Shown in pieces: positions 18,591-27,201 of a DNA stretch of 64,000 nt. A program made the translations under genes and the position numbers. A model generated the notes under the pieces. The model saw only the letters and a list, made by a program, of their open reading frames with translations, was not told where the DNA came from and searched no databases. The stretch is from a virus: positions 86,818-150,817 of the IMG/VR virus record IMGVR_UViG_3300027863_000020; one strand, written 5' to 3'. Every line of letters begins with the position of its first letter. The stretch's first letter is position 1.

Positions 18591-19348
18591 ACCGACTGCA
18601 TATCCAGTTCAACCTTTGAGTCTTTTCCACAATGTTGGCATCGCTTGACCACAACATCGACCAGTCCACAATCATACTTCTTGACCGCTTCGTGGATTTT
18701 CACAACTTCAAGGGGTTCGAGAGAGTCGATCCACTCGAATACCGATAGGGGATCATTCTTCTCAAGGCCATTGACGGTCACGAAAGAAGCGATGTATGCG
18801 TCAAGCTCAATCGACTCTTCTTCTGCATAGAGCTTGGTGATTTTGGTTGCTTCAATGGCACGGAGAGCGGAAGGAAGGGCGACCGTGATTTTCTTTCCAC
18901 CAATATCAAGGACTTCGCCCATAGGGGTCAGACCTTCGGCAAGATTGACGGATTCGATGTCGCTTGGTTCGAGCTTGAACGAAGTATCCTTTCCGCATTC
19001 GGGATTGGTACAGGTGAAAAGCATATCGAACCGTGGATCAAGCATCGTATTGGCACGGAGCCAAAGGAAGATATAGCGCAAGTCCGCATCATAGATGTCG
19101 GGAGTTTTTCCATCGGGGAACTTGATTGCCGATTGAGCAACGGACAAAAGTGCTTCGTCAATCGTGGAATCATTGGCATAGGAAATCTTCTTGATTTCAC
19201 GGTATGTCAATGGGCGACCATACACACCAGTAATCCCAGAAGGCAATCCTTTCACGGGAAACCAGTTTCCGTTCGCTTGCGACTGCACGGGTGTAGGTGG
19301 ATTGATGGTCGATTCTTCTTCTTCAAAGCCTAGATTCTTCGGTTTCAT
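18569..19348 (-). CDS. baseplate hub assembly protein, T4 gp26-like
   Basis: RPLTYREIK, DLRYIFLWLRANT, two Cys-pair motifs (CTNPEC, CQHC), ends ...FFFP. Confidence 0.8.
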   Translation of the reverse strand: MKPKNLGFEEEESTINPPTPVQSQANGNWFPVKGLPSGITGVYGRPLTYREIKKISYANDSTIDEALLSVAQSAIKFPDGKTPDIYDADLRYIFLWLRANTMLDPRFDMLFTCTNPECGKDTSFKLEPSDIESVNLAEGLTPMGEVLDIGGKKITVALPSALRAIEATKITKLYAEEESIELDAYIASFVTVNGLEKNDPLSVFEWIDSLEPLEVVKIHEAVKKYDCGLVDVVVKRCQHCGKDSKVELDMQSVFFFPTV

Positions 19349-19366
19349 TTCAACGCCTCTTTTATA

Positions 19367-19813
19367 TTAGTTAGACACATTCGATTTCATGGCTTCCGTC
19401 ATTTCAGCTTCATCTTTCAAATGACGGATAAGGTTCAAAGCCCGTTCAAGATAGCTGTCTAGCATGATCTTCCCCATCACATCTTTTGCGACAATGGACA
19501 TCGACCGATTGATCCTTCCAATTGACGCATCGGTTCCGTGTGGTTTCCCGCCTACGATATTCTTATGGAACTTCTTGAATTCCACTAGCATCTCGATTGA
19601 GTGTTTTTCATCGACACTCCCCGACTCGCATTCCAAAAAGATTTCAACAATGGTGTTCTTCGCAAAGGCATAGCTATCGTCATAACCTTTCCGCAATTCA
19701 ATATGCTTCTTTGTTCTAATCGCCTTCTTCGCCCCAAGCTCTCTGTTGGTCATCCCAGTCTTCGGTGTCTGGTTGGTTGGCGATTGTTGCATAGAGTTCT
19801 TCCTTGACTTCAT
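19367..19813 (-). CDS. hypothetical protein
   Basis: ORF behind promoter 19821-19849; start 19813 or 19792. Confidence 0.6.
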   Translation of the reverse strand: MKSRKNSMQQSPTNQTPKTGMTNRELGAKKAIRTKKHIELRKGYDDSYAFAKNTIVEIFLECESGSVDEKHSIEMLVEFKKFHKNIVGGKPHGTDASIGRINRSMSIVAKDVMGKIMLDSYLERALNLIRHLKDEAEMTEAMKSNVSN

Positions 19814-20027
19814 TTCCTAAAATATGGGTCTTACGCAGATTATCGTCAATCCATTTGATGTATCGGAAATTTTCATCGAACACATCCCGTACTGTTTGAC
19901 CCTGATATTTTCCAAAAGTGATAATTGATTCAAATTCAAGTGTTTTCTTTTTTGAAACTACTCTTGGCATTGACAGATTTTCCGTATTCTCGATGGAAAC
20001 CATTTCCACCACATCCGTATTTACCAT
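19716..20027 (-). CDS. small protein with exonuclease-X C-terminal-like (FGKY.G) motif
   Basis: ITFGKYQGQTVRDV...YIKWI. Confidence 0.6.
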   Translation of the reverse strand: MVNTDVVEMVSIENTENLSMPRVVSKKKTLEFESIITFGKYQGQTVRDVFDENFRYIKWIDDNLRKTHILGNEVKEELYATIANQPDTEDWDDQQRAWGEEGD

Positions 20028-20046
20028 AGAGACCTCAACAAAATAA

Positions 20047-20081
20047 GAGAGGGTACATTGATTGTTTTCAATGTACCCTCT
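20047..20081 (-). terminator. hairpin terminator after the mini histone-like gene
   Basis: AGAGGGTACATTGA/TCAATGTACCCTCT stem followed by a T-rich run on - strand. Confidence 0.7.
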
Positions 20082-20086
20082 ATGGT

Positions 20087-20194
20087 TCAACCCTTCTTGG
20101 CGGGAGCCTTGACTGCTTTCTTGACTGCCTTTTTCACGGCCTTCTTGACTGCTTTCTTGGCGGGAGCCTTCGTGGTCTTCTTTGCATCGTTCAT
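20087..20194 (-). CDS. 35-aa histone H1-like Lys/Ala peptide (absent from ORF track)
   Basis: MNDAKKTTKAPAKKAVKKAVKKAVKKAVKAPAKKG; AAGGAGG RBS, own promoter and terminator. Confidence 0.8.
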   Translation of the reverse strand: MNDAKKTTKAPAKKAVKKAVKKAVKKAVKAPAKKG

Positions 20195-20232
20195 CGTTGC
20201 CTCCTTGTTATGCGTGATTGAACGGAATTCTA

Positions 20233-20261
20233 AATGTGGTATCTAACTCGAAATTTGTCAA
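20233..20261 (-). promoter_or_regulatory. class-2 promoter TTGACA-17-CACATT
   Basis: TTGACAAATTTCGAGTTAGATACCACATT. Confidence 0.75.
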
Positions 20262-20941
20262 TAACTTGACTTTATTGCCTTGGAGAGAGACCCGTTGCCC
20301 GTGGTGAGAATGAGCCGTCTGGAATGGAAGGTAAGTGCTTTCTCGATTGTTCTGGTAATCGTGTCGGCATCCACCTTCAGCAAGTCGGCTTCGACCCTGT
20401 TCAATCGGACTTCTTCTCCCGTGGTTCGGCTGTACGCCATAACCTTGGAGTCGATTTCGATTGTCAATCGGTATAATTGATGGGTTCCATCATTCCCGAC
20501 ATAGGTGTCCATGTGGAGACTTGGGAACACGATACAGTTTTCCGCTTCTCCGACATCAAGGAACTGGATTATCGCCACTCTGGAAACAAGCGGGAGCGTG
20601 TGCGTGTGGGAGAATATCCATTCCTTTTTGAACCTACGAAGGAAGCTCCACCATAGGAACAGGACTCGGATGTCGGAACACTTGGGGGGATCGTTGTCTT
20701 TCCCGATTGAGAACCCGATTCCAAACTCTTTCACAAGTTCGCCCAATCCACGGGTCTTGCGCCCAACTAGGTCGATTTCGAGCGTCCAGAAGGCAAATAG
20801 AACGGATATGATACTTCCGCTGTACTTGGTCATAAAACCGCCTACATCGGTGCGATAGACGGCAAAACGACCCCATCTTGCGATAAGGTCATTCTCGAAT
20901 CGGTTTCCAGACATATCGCCTGTCAATTTGGTGGAACGCAT
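20258..20941 (-). CDS. hypothetical protein
   Basis: TAATG coupling to the upstream gene. Confidence 0.6.
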   Translation of the reverse strand: MRSTKLTGDMSGNRFENDLIARWGRFAVYRTDVGGFMTKYSGSIISVLFAFWTLEIDLVGRKTRGLGELVKEFGIGFSIGKDNDPPKCSDIRVLFLWWSFLRRFKKEWIFSHTHTLPLVSRVAIIQFLDVGEAENCIVFPSLHMDTYVGNDGTHQLYRLTIEIDSKVMAYSRTTGEEVRLNRVEADLLKVDADTITRTIEKALTFHSRRLILTTGNGSLSKAIKSSY

Positions 20942-21411
20942 TATGAGCGATACCGTGAAATGATCTCCATACCACGGAGAAGATTCGTGTTGTACTCTGC
21001 TTCGATTCCGATGAGACGGAGTTGTTCGTCCAGTGATTCGATCTTGGCTGAATGCGCTTTGTAGGCTTCGCTCTTCTCCAAGATGGATTCAGCGTGTGCC
21101 TTTCGGGATTCGGCATTGGTGTTGATCTTTTTGCCCTTGTCATCGGATGCTTCGACTGCGACCTTCATGGCATTGGCTTCAAGGTCACGCATCATAAGGA
21201 CGGTCTTGCCCTTCTCGATTGACAGTTCACCGTGCTTGATACGAAGGTCACGGATTCCGTTGATGAGGCTCACCAGTTTGGTCTTGAGGGCGGGAATATC
21301 GACCGCATCGGGATTTGGGGTCGGAGGGGGAGGGGGTTGCATCGGAGCACCCATTTGAGGGGCTTGAGCTTTTTGGATTGCGGGAGGGGCGACTTCGACT
21401 TGTTCCTTCAT
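20941..21411 (-). CDS. coiled-coil protein with Pro-rich N-terminus (weakly UvsY-like)
   Basis: Helical composition; AGGA RBS; promoter at 21442-21470. Confidence 0.55.
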   Translation of the reverse strand: MKEQVEVAPPAIQKAQAPQMGAPMQPPPPPTPNPDAVDIPALKTKLVSLINGIRDLRIKHGELSIEKGKTVLMMRDLEANAMKVAVEASDDKGKKINTNAESRKAHAESILEKSEAYKAHSAKIESLDEQLRLIGIEAEYNTNLLRGMEIISRYRS

Positions 21412-21441
21412 GGAGCATCCTTTGGTTAGGGTGGAACCATA

Positions 21442-21470
21442 AATATGGGTTCTATACGGATTTTTGTCAA
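21442..21470 (-). promoter_or_regulatory. class-2 promoter TTGACA-17-CATATT
   Basis: TTGACAAAAATCCGTATAGAACCCATATT. Confidence 0.75.
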
Positions 21471-21543
21471 AAATCAGAAAAAACTTGAAGTATCTTGTAA
21501 AGTATTAGCTATATTGACCACATCACGACACATTGAGGATTTT

Positions 21544-21813
21544 ATGGAATCTTGTAGAATCATAATCGAGAACGCCTATGGGAAGCTAGTCGTTCAATTA
21601 GGAACCAAAGTCTTGGTTCAACTTGGTAAGAAATGGGTGGAAGGGGAGGTCTCGAATTTTCGACTCCATGACACCACGGCATTGATGCCATCATCGCAAA
21701 TTTGGGTAGAGGTCAAGGGGGAGGGAACCTGTATGCGGTATCTTCACCAGATAAAGCCCATGCCTAGCGAACAACTCGATTTACTCACCCACGAAGATTT
21801 GAACACCCTCTAA
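21544..21813 (+). CDS. small hypothetical protein (possible SH3/KOW-like fold)
   Basis: GAGGA RBS; LGTKVLV..WVEGEV. Confidence 0.6.
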   Translation: MESCRIIIENAYGKLVVQLGTKVLVQLGKKWVEGEVSNFRLHDTTALMPSSQIWVEVKGEGTCMRYLHQIKPMPSEQLDLLTHEDLNTL

Positions 21814-21835
21814 TTCACCCACCAACGGAGCATCA

Positions 21836-22447
21836 ATGTCATCACTACCATACGGTCAAACAGTTGAACAGTTGTACAACGACCACAAAGGTCTCATCTA
21901 CAAGTACGCATACAAGCATCTCAAGAAGTGGTCTCGTTTGCGGACTATTTCGGAAGCACTGTCGGACGCATACACGATCTTTATGGAAAGCATCAAGAAT
22001 TTCGACCCTTCTGAATCCGCTCATGGAAATACGAAGTACGGATTCTACATTCACTTGCGGTCTCAATTGGAATGTGGCCTCAAGGGAGTAAGACGGGAGT
22101 ATTACAAGACGGCATCCAGAGAAGTTTCAGAATCCCGTCTCGATCCTCAATTGGCGACAAAGCTCTTCGGAGAAACCCTTATGAACTCCGACTATGGGCG
22201 CACTATCAAAGTTGCCGACTCAATCATGGACATCACGAAGATTCTTTCCGAATGCGAACTGGATGATCGGTACAGTACCGTGCTTCGCCACTATTATGGG
22301 CTAATTACCGAAGAGAAGGAAACGCTACGATCCACCGCTGAATTTGTCGGAATCAGTCACGAAAGAGTGCGACAAATCATCAATCAATCGGAAAAGAAAA
22401 TCCACACCCGCTTTCAATCCGACATCAATCTCTTTCATAATCTGTGA
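21836..22447 (+). CDS. RNA polymerase sigma70-family factor (regions 2 and 4)
   Basis: LIYKYAYK..DAYTIFMESIKNFDPS; LDDRYSTVLRHYYGL..TLRSTAEFVGISHERVRQI. Confidence 0.85.
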   Translation: MSSLPYGQTVEQLYNDHKGLIYKYAYKHLKKWSRLRTISEALSDAYTIFMESIKNFDPSESAHGNTKYGFYIHLRSQLECGLKGVRREYYKTASREVSESRLDPQLATKLFGETLMNSDYGRTIKVADSIMDITKILSECELDDRYSTVLRHYYGLITEEKETLRSTAEFVGISHERVRQIINQSEKKIHTRFQSDINLFHNL

Positions 22448-22475
22448 TTTCGCTTGCTACTAAATACAGTAGCAA

Positions 22476-23132
22476 ATGACGAACGCAGATACCATACTCA
22501 ATACCACCGAAAAAGCGGTGACTGTCGCCAACAATCAGGGGATCGCCAACACGATCACCGTGATTGTTGTTGCCATAATCGCTATCTATTTCATCATACA
22601 AATGATTGGGAGTCGTAAGCAATGGAATAATGACTCTTCTTCATTGAAGACTATCCGTGATGATGTAGCAACGACAAAGAATGCAGTGGTGAAAATCCCA
22701 ACATATCATTGGGAAATAACCTCGATGTTGGATCAGATTCTTCAGAGGTATAGCGATCATTTCTCGGTGGAACAGTGCATTCTCATCGCCAATTCCGTAT
22801 TACAGGGAACGAAGTCTCGATTGGAATTGAAGGCAATCAAGATCATAATTGAGAACGACATTGAGAACAAATGGAATCGCATCGAAATAAAAGTTAGGGA
22901 AATCATCGGTTCGCACTGGCAAACCGATATGTCCCTCTTGGAGTCGTTCATTGTCCGTGATGGTAAACCAATATCCGACTACATCGACCAAGATGATGTA
23001 GAGGAATTGACCAAGTTTCTTCTCATCGCAATCCGTGAAAAATACTCTTTCTCCGATATTGATGAAGGACTGTCCAACATCTATCGGGAGATATTCGCTT
23101 CATTGACTACGAAGCTCAAGAAAGAGATTTAA
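22476..23132 (+). CDS. single N-terminal TM protein, putative holin
   Basis: 218 aa, one TM then soluble domain (T4 T-like topology); late motif inside a hairpin at 22454-22475. Confidence 0.45.
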   Translation: MTNADTILNTTEKAVTVANNQGIANTITVIVVAIIAIYFIIQMIGSRKQWNNDSSSLKTIRDDVATTKNAVVKIPTYHWEITSMLDQILQRYSDHFSVEQCILIANSVLQGTKSRLELKAIKIIIENDIENKWNRIEIKVREIIGSHWQTDMSLLESFIVRDGKPISDYIDQDDVEELTKFLLIAIREKYSFSDIDEGLSNIYREIFASLTTKLKKEI

Positions 23133-23359
23133 GGATCGTATTCGTTCGCAAGAACACCCGCAATCTGGTCTGCTGTCTTTCCGACCGTCCAGTCCGTTGC
23201 CATCTTGCCGATACGGGGTACTGAATACACACGGCTCATCTCACCATGACTCGCATCATTTGGACACACGGGGGCGGTCGTATCATTGACCGATTCGTGT
23301 TCGTGGTTCACCTTTTTGCCACACATATGGCACTCATAGGTCTTGATAATCAACGGCAC
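23129..23359 (-). CDS. FmdB-family zinc-ribbon protein
   Basis: MP...YECHMCG...CP...HGEMSRVYS. Confidence 0.75.
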   Translation of the reverse strand: MPLIIKTYECHMCGKKVNHEHESVNDTTAPVCPNDASHGEMSRVYSVPRIGKMATDWTVGKTADQIAGVLANEYDP

Positions 23360-23382
23360 TTTTCACCTCACTAAATATGGTT

Positions 23383-23682
23383 ATGAACACAAAGATATTG
23401 TTCCCGACCGACCCAATGGCATACACTGGCTACAAGCGTCCATCCAACCTGTTTCCAGACTGTTTCGTACAGAGGAAAAAGTATCGGAGGGATTCTTGGG
23501 ATGAAAACAAATTCGTGTTTCTGAATGGACTCGAAGTTTGTTGGTTCGACTCGAAGATGAAATACACTCCGACCGAACCCGATGTAGAAGCATCGGATTG
23601 GGCTGTTTCCGAAATGACGGATCAGGAATGTAATTCATTGCTCGATACCATGATAACGGTTATGGTCAATGAAGAGGCATGA
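23383..23682 (+). CDS. DUF2829/Tad2-like protein
   Basis: KKYRRDSW...FVFL...YTPTEPDVEASDW resembles K.V.R..W...W.PSQ.D..A.DW. Confidence 0.5.
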   Translation: MNTKILFPTDPMAYTGYKRPSNLFPDCFVQRKKYRRDSWDENKFVFLNGLEVCWFDSKMKYTPTEPDVEASDWAVSEMTDQECNSLLDTMITVMVNEEA

Positions 23683-24148
23683 TCTTCGTTGGGGGATCAA
23701 TGATTGACGAATAAGGGGAAATTGACAACCCCCATTTCTCAATCTGCACATAGATGAAATCACCGATGTATCCCGCCAATTGAGCATAGAATTCTTCGCT
23801 AGTCCGATGGTCATGGGAGCAACCGATATGGTTTCCGACCTTCATGGTAGCGTGATGGATTTCGTGATGGATGACATTGTGGTTCATTCCATTCGGTGAA
23901 AGCATCACAATGACCCGACCACGATCATAGTCATAGAAAGTGACACCATAGTAGCCATGATCCACCCAAGGCCGTTCGATGGCAGGGAACAGTTCACGGA
24001 AGTCTTTAGAATTGACAAGTTTTTCCATGTCAGAAGTACATACCAAATGGAAATCCGCTTCGATCAGGGGAATCTTGGAATTGGCATGAAGCACATAGGG
24101 CTTGATCGCCTTGGGCTTTTTGATTACTTGTTTTTTCCGCATCCGCAT
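23666..24148 (-). CDS. HExxH metallopeptidase-like protein
   Basis: VIHHEIHHATM...EEFYAQLAGYI. Confidence 0.65.
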   Translation of the reverse strand: MRMRKKQVIKKPKAIKPYVLHANSKIPLIEADFHLVCTSDMEKLVNSKDFRELFPAIERPWVDHGYYGVTFYDYDRGRVIVMLSPNGMNHNVIHHEIHHATMKVGNHIGCSHDHRTSEEFYAQLAGYIGDFIYVQIEKWGLSISPYSSIIDPPTKIMPLH

Positions 24149-24492
24149 CCCCCGCCTTTCGGTAATTGACCGTTCTGGATCGACTCTTGCAACTTGGACA
24201 TAGCGGAGCGGATCATAGTAGCCGCCTGTACCCCCGCATTGACCACCTGTACCTTCCATTTCTCTGGAAGGACATTGAGGGCGGGTGCGATCTTTGGTTG
24301 CTCCACCATGAGCCTACGAAGGGCATCCTTGCCCTGATAGACCGTCCCATCGGTTCCGATGTAGCGGAATGTCTTGGCATTGGCCTCAATCGGGCGGTAC
24401 TCAATCGCATCGCCAATGTAGGACTGGATGGCTCCACGAAATGCCTTGCAGAGAGGGCAAGTCGCATCGTAAAAAAGAATTCCTTTGCTCAT
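24124..24492 (-). CDS. DCC1/DUF393-like thiol-disulfide oxidoreductase
   Basis: LFYDATCPLC...G.VYQG.DA. Confidence 0.75.
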   Translation of the reverse strand: MSKGILFYDATCPLCKAFRGAIQSYIGDAIEYRPIEANAKTFRYIGTDGTVYQGKDALRRLMVEQPKIAPALNVLPEKWKVQVVNAGVQAATMIRSAMSKLQESIQNGQLPKGGGCGCGKNK

Positions 24493-24501
24493 TTGTTCAC
24501 C

Positions 24502-24762
24502 TTATATTGCAAATGGGATGATTCCTTGGATTTCCAAATCGAACTTCTTGCAGTAATGCAATGCGCTGTCCCTGTTCGGGAACGAATGCAACCAGAAGTC
24601 GGGAAGGGTTGAAACGACCACGGCATATTCGTCCTTGCCCCGCTCGTTCGTCAATATGATACGGACGGTCTTCTTGGGCAATTCCCGCCATTTGTTCAAT
24701 TTTTCAAGTTCTTGTGGGTGCATAAACGCAAGCCAAGATTGAGGAATTATCAATTCTGGCAT
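24502..24762 (-). CDS. hypothetical protein
   Basis: Tiling; start refined. Confidence 0.55.
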   Translation of the reverse strand: MPELIIPQSWLAFMHPQELEKLNKWRELPKKTVRIILTNERGKDEYAVVVSTLPDFWLHSFPNRDSALHYCKKFDLEIQGIIPFAI

Positions 24763-25214
24763 ATCGGTTCCACTGCACCTTGGGGCATCAATTCGGGAAC
24801 TTCGGTCTTGATACCCGCATTGTACCATTCGGAATAGGACTTCGCACCCATTTCACGGGCATCGGACTCCATGCAGAACCATAGGAACCCCCGTAGGAAG
24901 GCGATACAGACCCGTTCTCCCTTTGGTAAGGGTTCTGGACAATCTAGCTTGGAATTCGCTTCCAGTGCGTCCAGAATGGCCTTGCTAGTGTCCCTGTTCG
25001 GGTACATCTCGACAGTAGCGGTTCCGAAGAAGTATTGGTAATAGATTTGGGTGACTTCCACTGGAACGATGACCCCGCCCACGCACATGGTCTGTGGTGT
25101 GGGGAATTGGGACATTGGATAGACGAATGCCTGTGAGTTTCGGTGATTGACGGGGCGTTTCTCACCGATTCTGGGAATCATGGTATCCGAAAGGAATGGA
25201 AATGATTTTTGCAT
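24750..25214 (-). CDS. hypothetical protein
   Basis: ATG 6 nt after the -10 of promoter 25221-25249. Confidence 0.6.
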   Translation of the reverse strand: MQKSFPFLSDTMIPRIGEKRPVNHRNSQAFVYPMSQFPTPQTMCVGGVIVPVEVTQIYYQYFFGTATVEMYPNRDTSKAILDALEANSKLDCPEPLPKGERVCIAFLRGFLWFCMESDAREMGAKSYSEWYNAGIKTEVPELMPQGAVEPICQN

Positions 25215-25220
25215 ACCGAA

Positions 25221-25249
25221 AATATGGATTCCTACCCGAATGCTGTCAA
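25221..25249 (-). promoter_or_regulatory. class-2 promoter TTGACA-17-CATATT
   Basis: TTGACAGCATTCGGGTAGGAATCCATATT. Confidence 0.75.
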
Positions 25250-26364
25250 TTAGAACTCATCCATTTTCGGATGTCGTTCGCAATATCTTCCCCCGCACTC
25301 CCACGGAAAGGAAGACCAAACCAGTTGTCCAAGGCATCATTGACCTTCCATAGACTAGCGTACCACAAGAAGGAAGAAGCGATCCATCCGAACATTCGCT
25401 TCGCTTGATCGGTTGCTTCTCCCCGTTGGATCATTCTTTGGATCACTCGGAACTCGTTGATGGCATCAATGAACACATCGGTCAATTCTCCACCACGGAA
25501 TCCCGCAATGGTCTTCTCTGGACTCCATTTGGGAGCCATCGTCTTGGACATGGTTTCCTTCAGGAATACGATGTTCGATGGTCTCTGTGTGTATGCGAAA
25601 TGGATTGACCGAATTGGTCGAGAGCAATCATAAATCCATGTTGGAAATATGTTCATCCCCTTGGATTCAAGGTTCTTGGAATATGCGGTCTCCCCTATGT
25701 TCCAAGCACACGCATTGAAGACGACTTCATCGGGGACACAATTAAGGAATACCCTAGACAATCCGAACTTGAATGATTGAAGGGTGTCGTTGATTATGGA
25801 TAGGAATTCGTAGCTGTCATTGACGGCAAAGATGCCTTGATTGACCCAAGGGAATCTTTCCACGATTGACCAGTCAATCTTGGAATTGACGGACAATGAA
25901 TTGAATACTTCATCGGTGTCCGTTGTGTCGGCAATGAAAACATTTTTATGCTTCGGAGGTGGGTAGAATGTCGTTATTCCATTACCCGCTGTGAATTCAC
26001 GCATCGCCAAGATGTCGGAATCGCAATTGTAATGCGCTTTTCCACGCATGAGTTCGGATGATGCAATCTTCATCGCCAAGTGGGTGCTGTGACTCAATTC
26101 GTAGGCACTCTTGGCAATCGGGTATTCATCGAATCCATTGCAATTGACACGGGTTCTCTGTGATACTCCAATCGTCTTCGTGTATTGATCGACCAATTGA
26201 CAAACCATCGAATTGTTCGACAAAACATATATCTCGGAGTTCTGATTGGATTCAATAAAGGAATCAATGGCGACAAGTACATACATCGCCTTTTCCTTCA
26301 CCGTCTGCATGGAAGAATGGGGAGGTATGTACTGCGAGAAGATAGCGGGTAATGTGTTCTTCAT
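25246..26364 (-). CDS. GT-A glycosyltransferase, GT8-like
   Basis: CDSDIL (DxD), VNQGIF, PDEVVFN, IHFAY..RP. Confidence 0.6.
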   Translation of the reverse strand: MKNTLPAIFSQYIPPHSSMQTVKEKAMYVLVAIDSFIESNQNSEIYVLSNNSMVCQLVDQYTKTIGVSQRTRVNCNGFDEYPIAKSAYELSHSTHLAMKIASSELMRGKAHYNCDSDILAMREFTAGNGITTFYPPPKHKNVFIADTTDTDEVFNSLSVNSKIDWSIVERFPWVNQGIFAVNDSYEFLSIINDTLQSFKFGLSRVFLNCVPDEVVFNACAWNIGETAYSKNLESKGMNIFPTWIYDCSRPIRSIHFAYTQRPSNIVFLKETMSKTMAPKWSPEKTIAGFRGGELTDVFIDAINEFRVIQRMIQRGEATDQAKRMFGWIASSFLWYASLWKVNDALDNWFGLPFRGSAGEDIANDIRKWMSSN

Positions 26365-26382
26365 TGATAATCCAAGAGTTAG

Positions 26383-27201
26383 TCAGAACAAACCATTCGA
26401 GAATCGAATTGACTTGGAGTATGCTTTCACATCTTCCTTTATCTGTCTCACCGATTCTGTTCTGATCGTTGCTAGTCTCTTGTATTTATCACTTCGGACA
26501 TATTCAAAAGTGTTCTGGACTGGATGGTAAATGTGATAGATGGTCTGTCCATTCTCCCGCCCACATAGACCCACTGGATACAACCGTCTGCAAGCATAGT
26601 AGAAGACATCATCTTCGTGACCCCATGCGTCATATCGGTTATCGTATCCACCGACTTCTATATAGGTCTTCGGGGTAAGAACAAGCGCACCGCCATAGCA
26701 CCTGTATCCACGCCTTGCCTTTTCCCTGTGATAGTCGATTCTTGTAGAAACCGTACCCAATTTTTCGGTACAGACTATGTAGCTATCGAACTTGTCCAAA
26801 TCCGCAATCTTGGTGAATGGATGCCATACCTTAAATTGACACATTCTGGAATGGATAACTTCGGGCTTCAATAGTTCTGGTTCCACTAGGATGTCACAAT
26901 CCAAGAACAGGACTGGTGTATCCAACGCACCCTTCTTTTTTGTGATATGAAGGATTCCGTCATTCCATGCCCGTGACTTGTTGAACCTACCCGAATAGGT
27001 ATGATTGACAACTTCGATTGGAATTTGATACTTCGTGGTAATCGCATGGAACAGGGTTCGGCTTACGCTGTTCTGTTCCGATACGACAATACGGCACTGG
27101 TGGTTGCTATGCTCCCAACAATGCCGTATGACGGTCTCTATGGATCGTTCCCTGTATTCATCCCCACGGTAAAATGGTATGAGAACGATGTATTCGTTCA
27201 T
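26383..27201 (-). CDS. GT2/GT7C glycosyltransferase
   Basis: FNKSRAWNDG, FLDCDIL, VGGYDNRYDAWGHEDD, IYHIYH. Confidence 0.85.
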   Translation of the reverse strand: MNEYIVLIPFYRGDEYRERSIETVIRHCWEHSNHQCRIVVSEQNSVSRTLFHAITTKYQIPIEVVNHTYSGRFNKSRAWNDGILHITKKKGALDTPVLFLDCDILVEPELLKPEVIHSRMCQFKVWHPFTKIADLDKFDSYIVCTEKLGTVSTRIDYHREKARRGYRCYGGALVLTPKTYIEVGGYDNRYDAWGHEDDVFYYACRRLYPVGLCGRENGQTIYHIYHPVQNTFEYVRSDKYKRLATIRTESVRQIKEDVKAYSKSIRFSNGLF

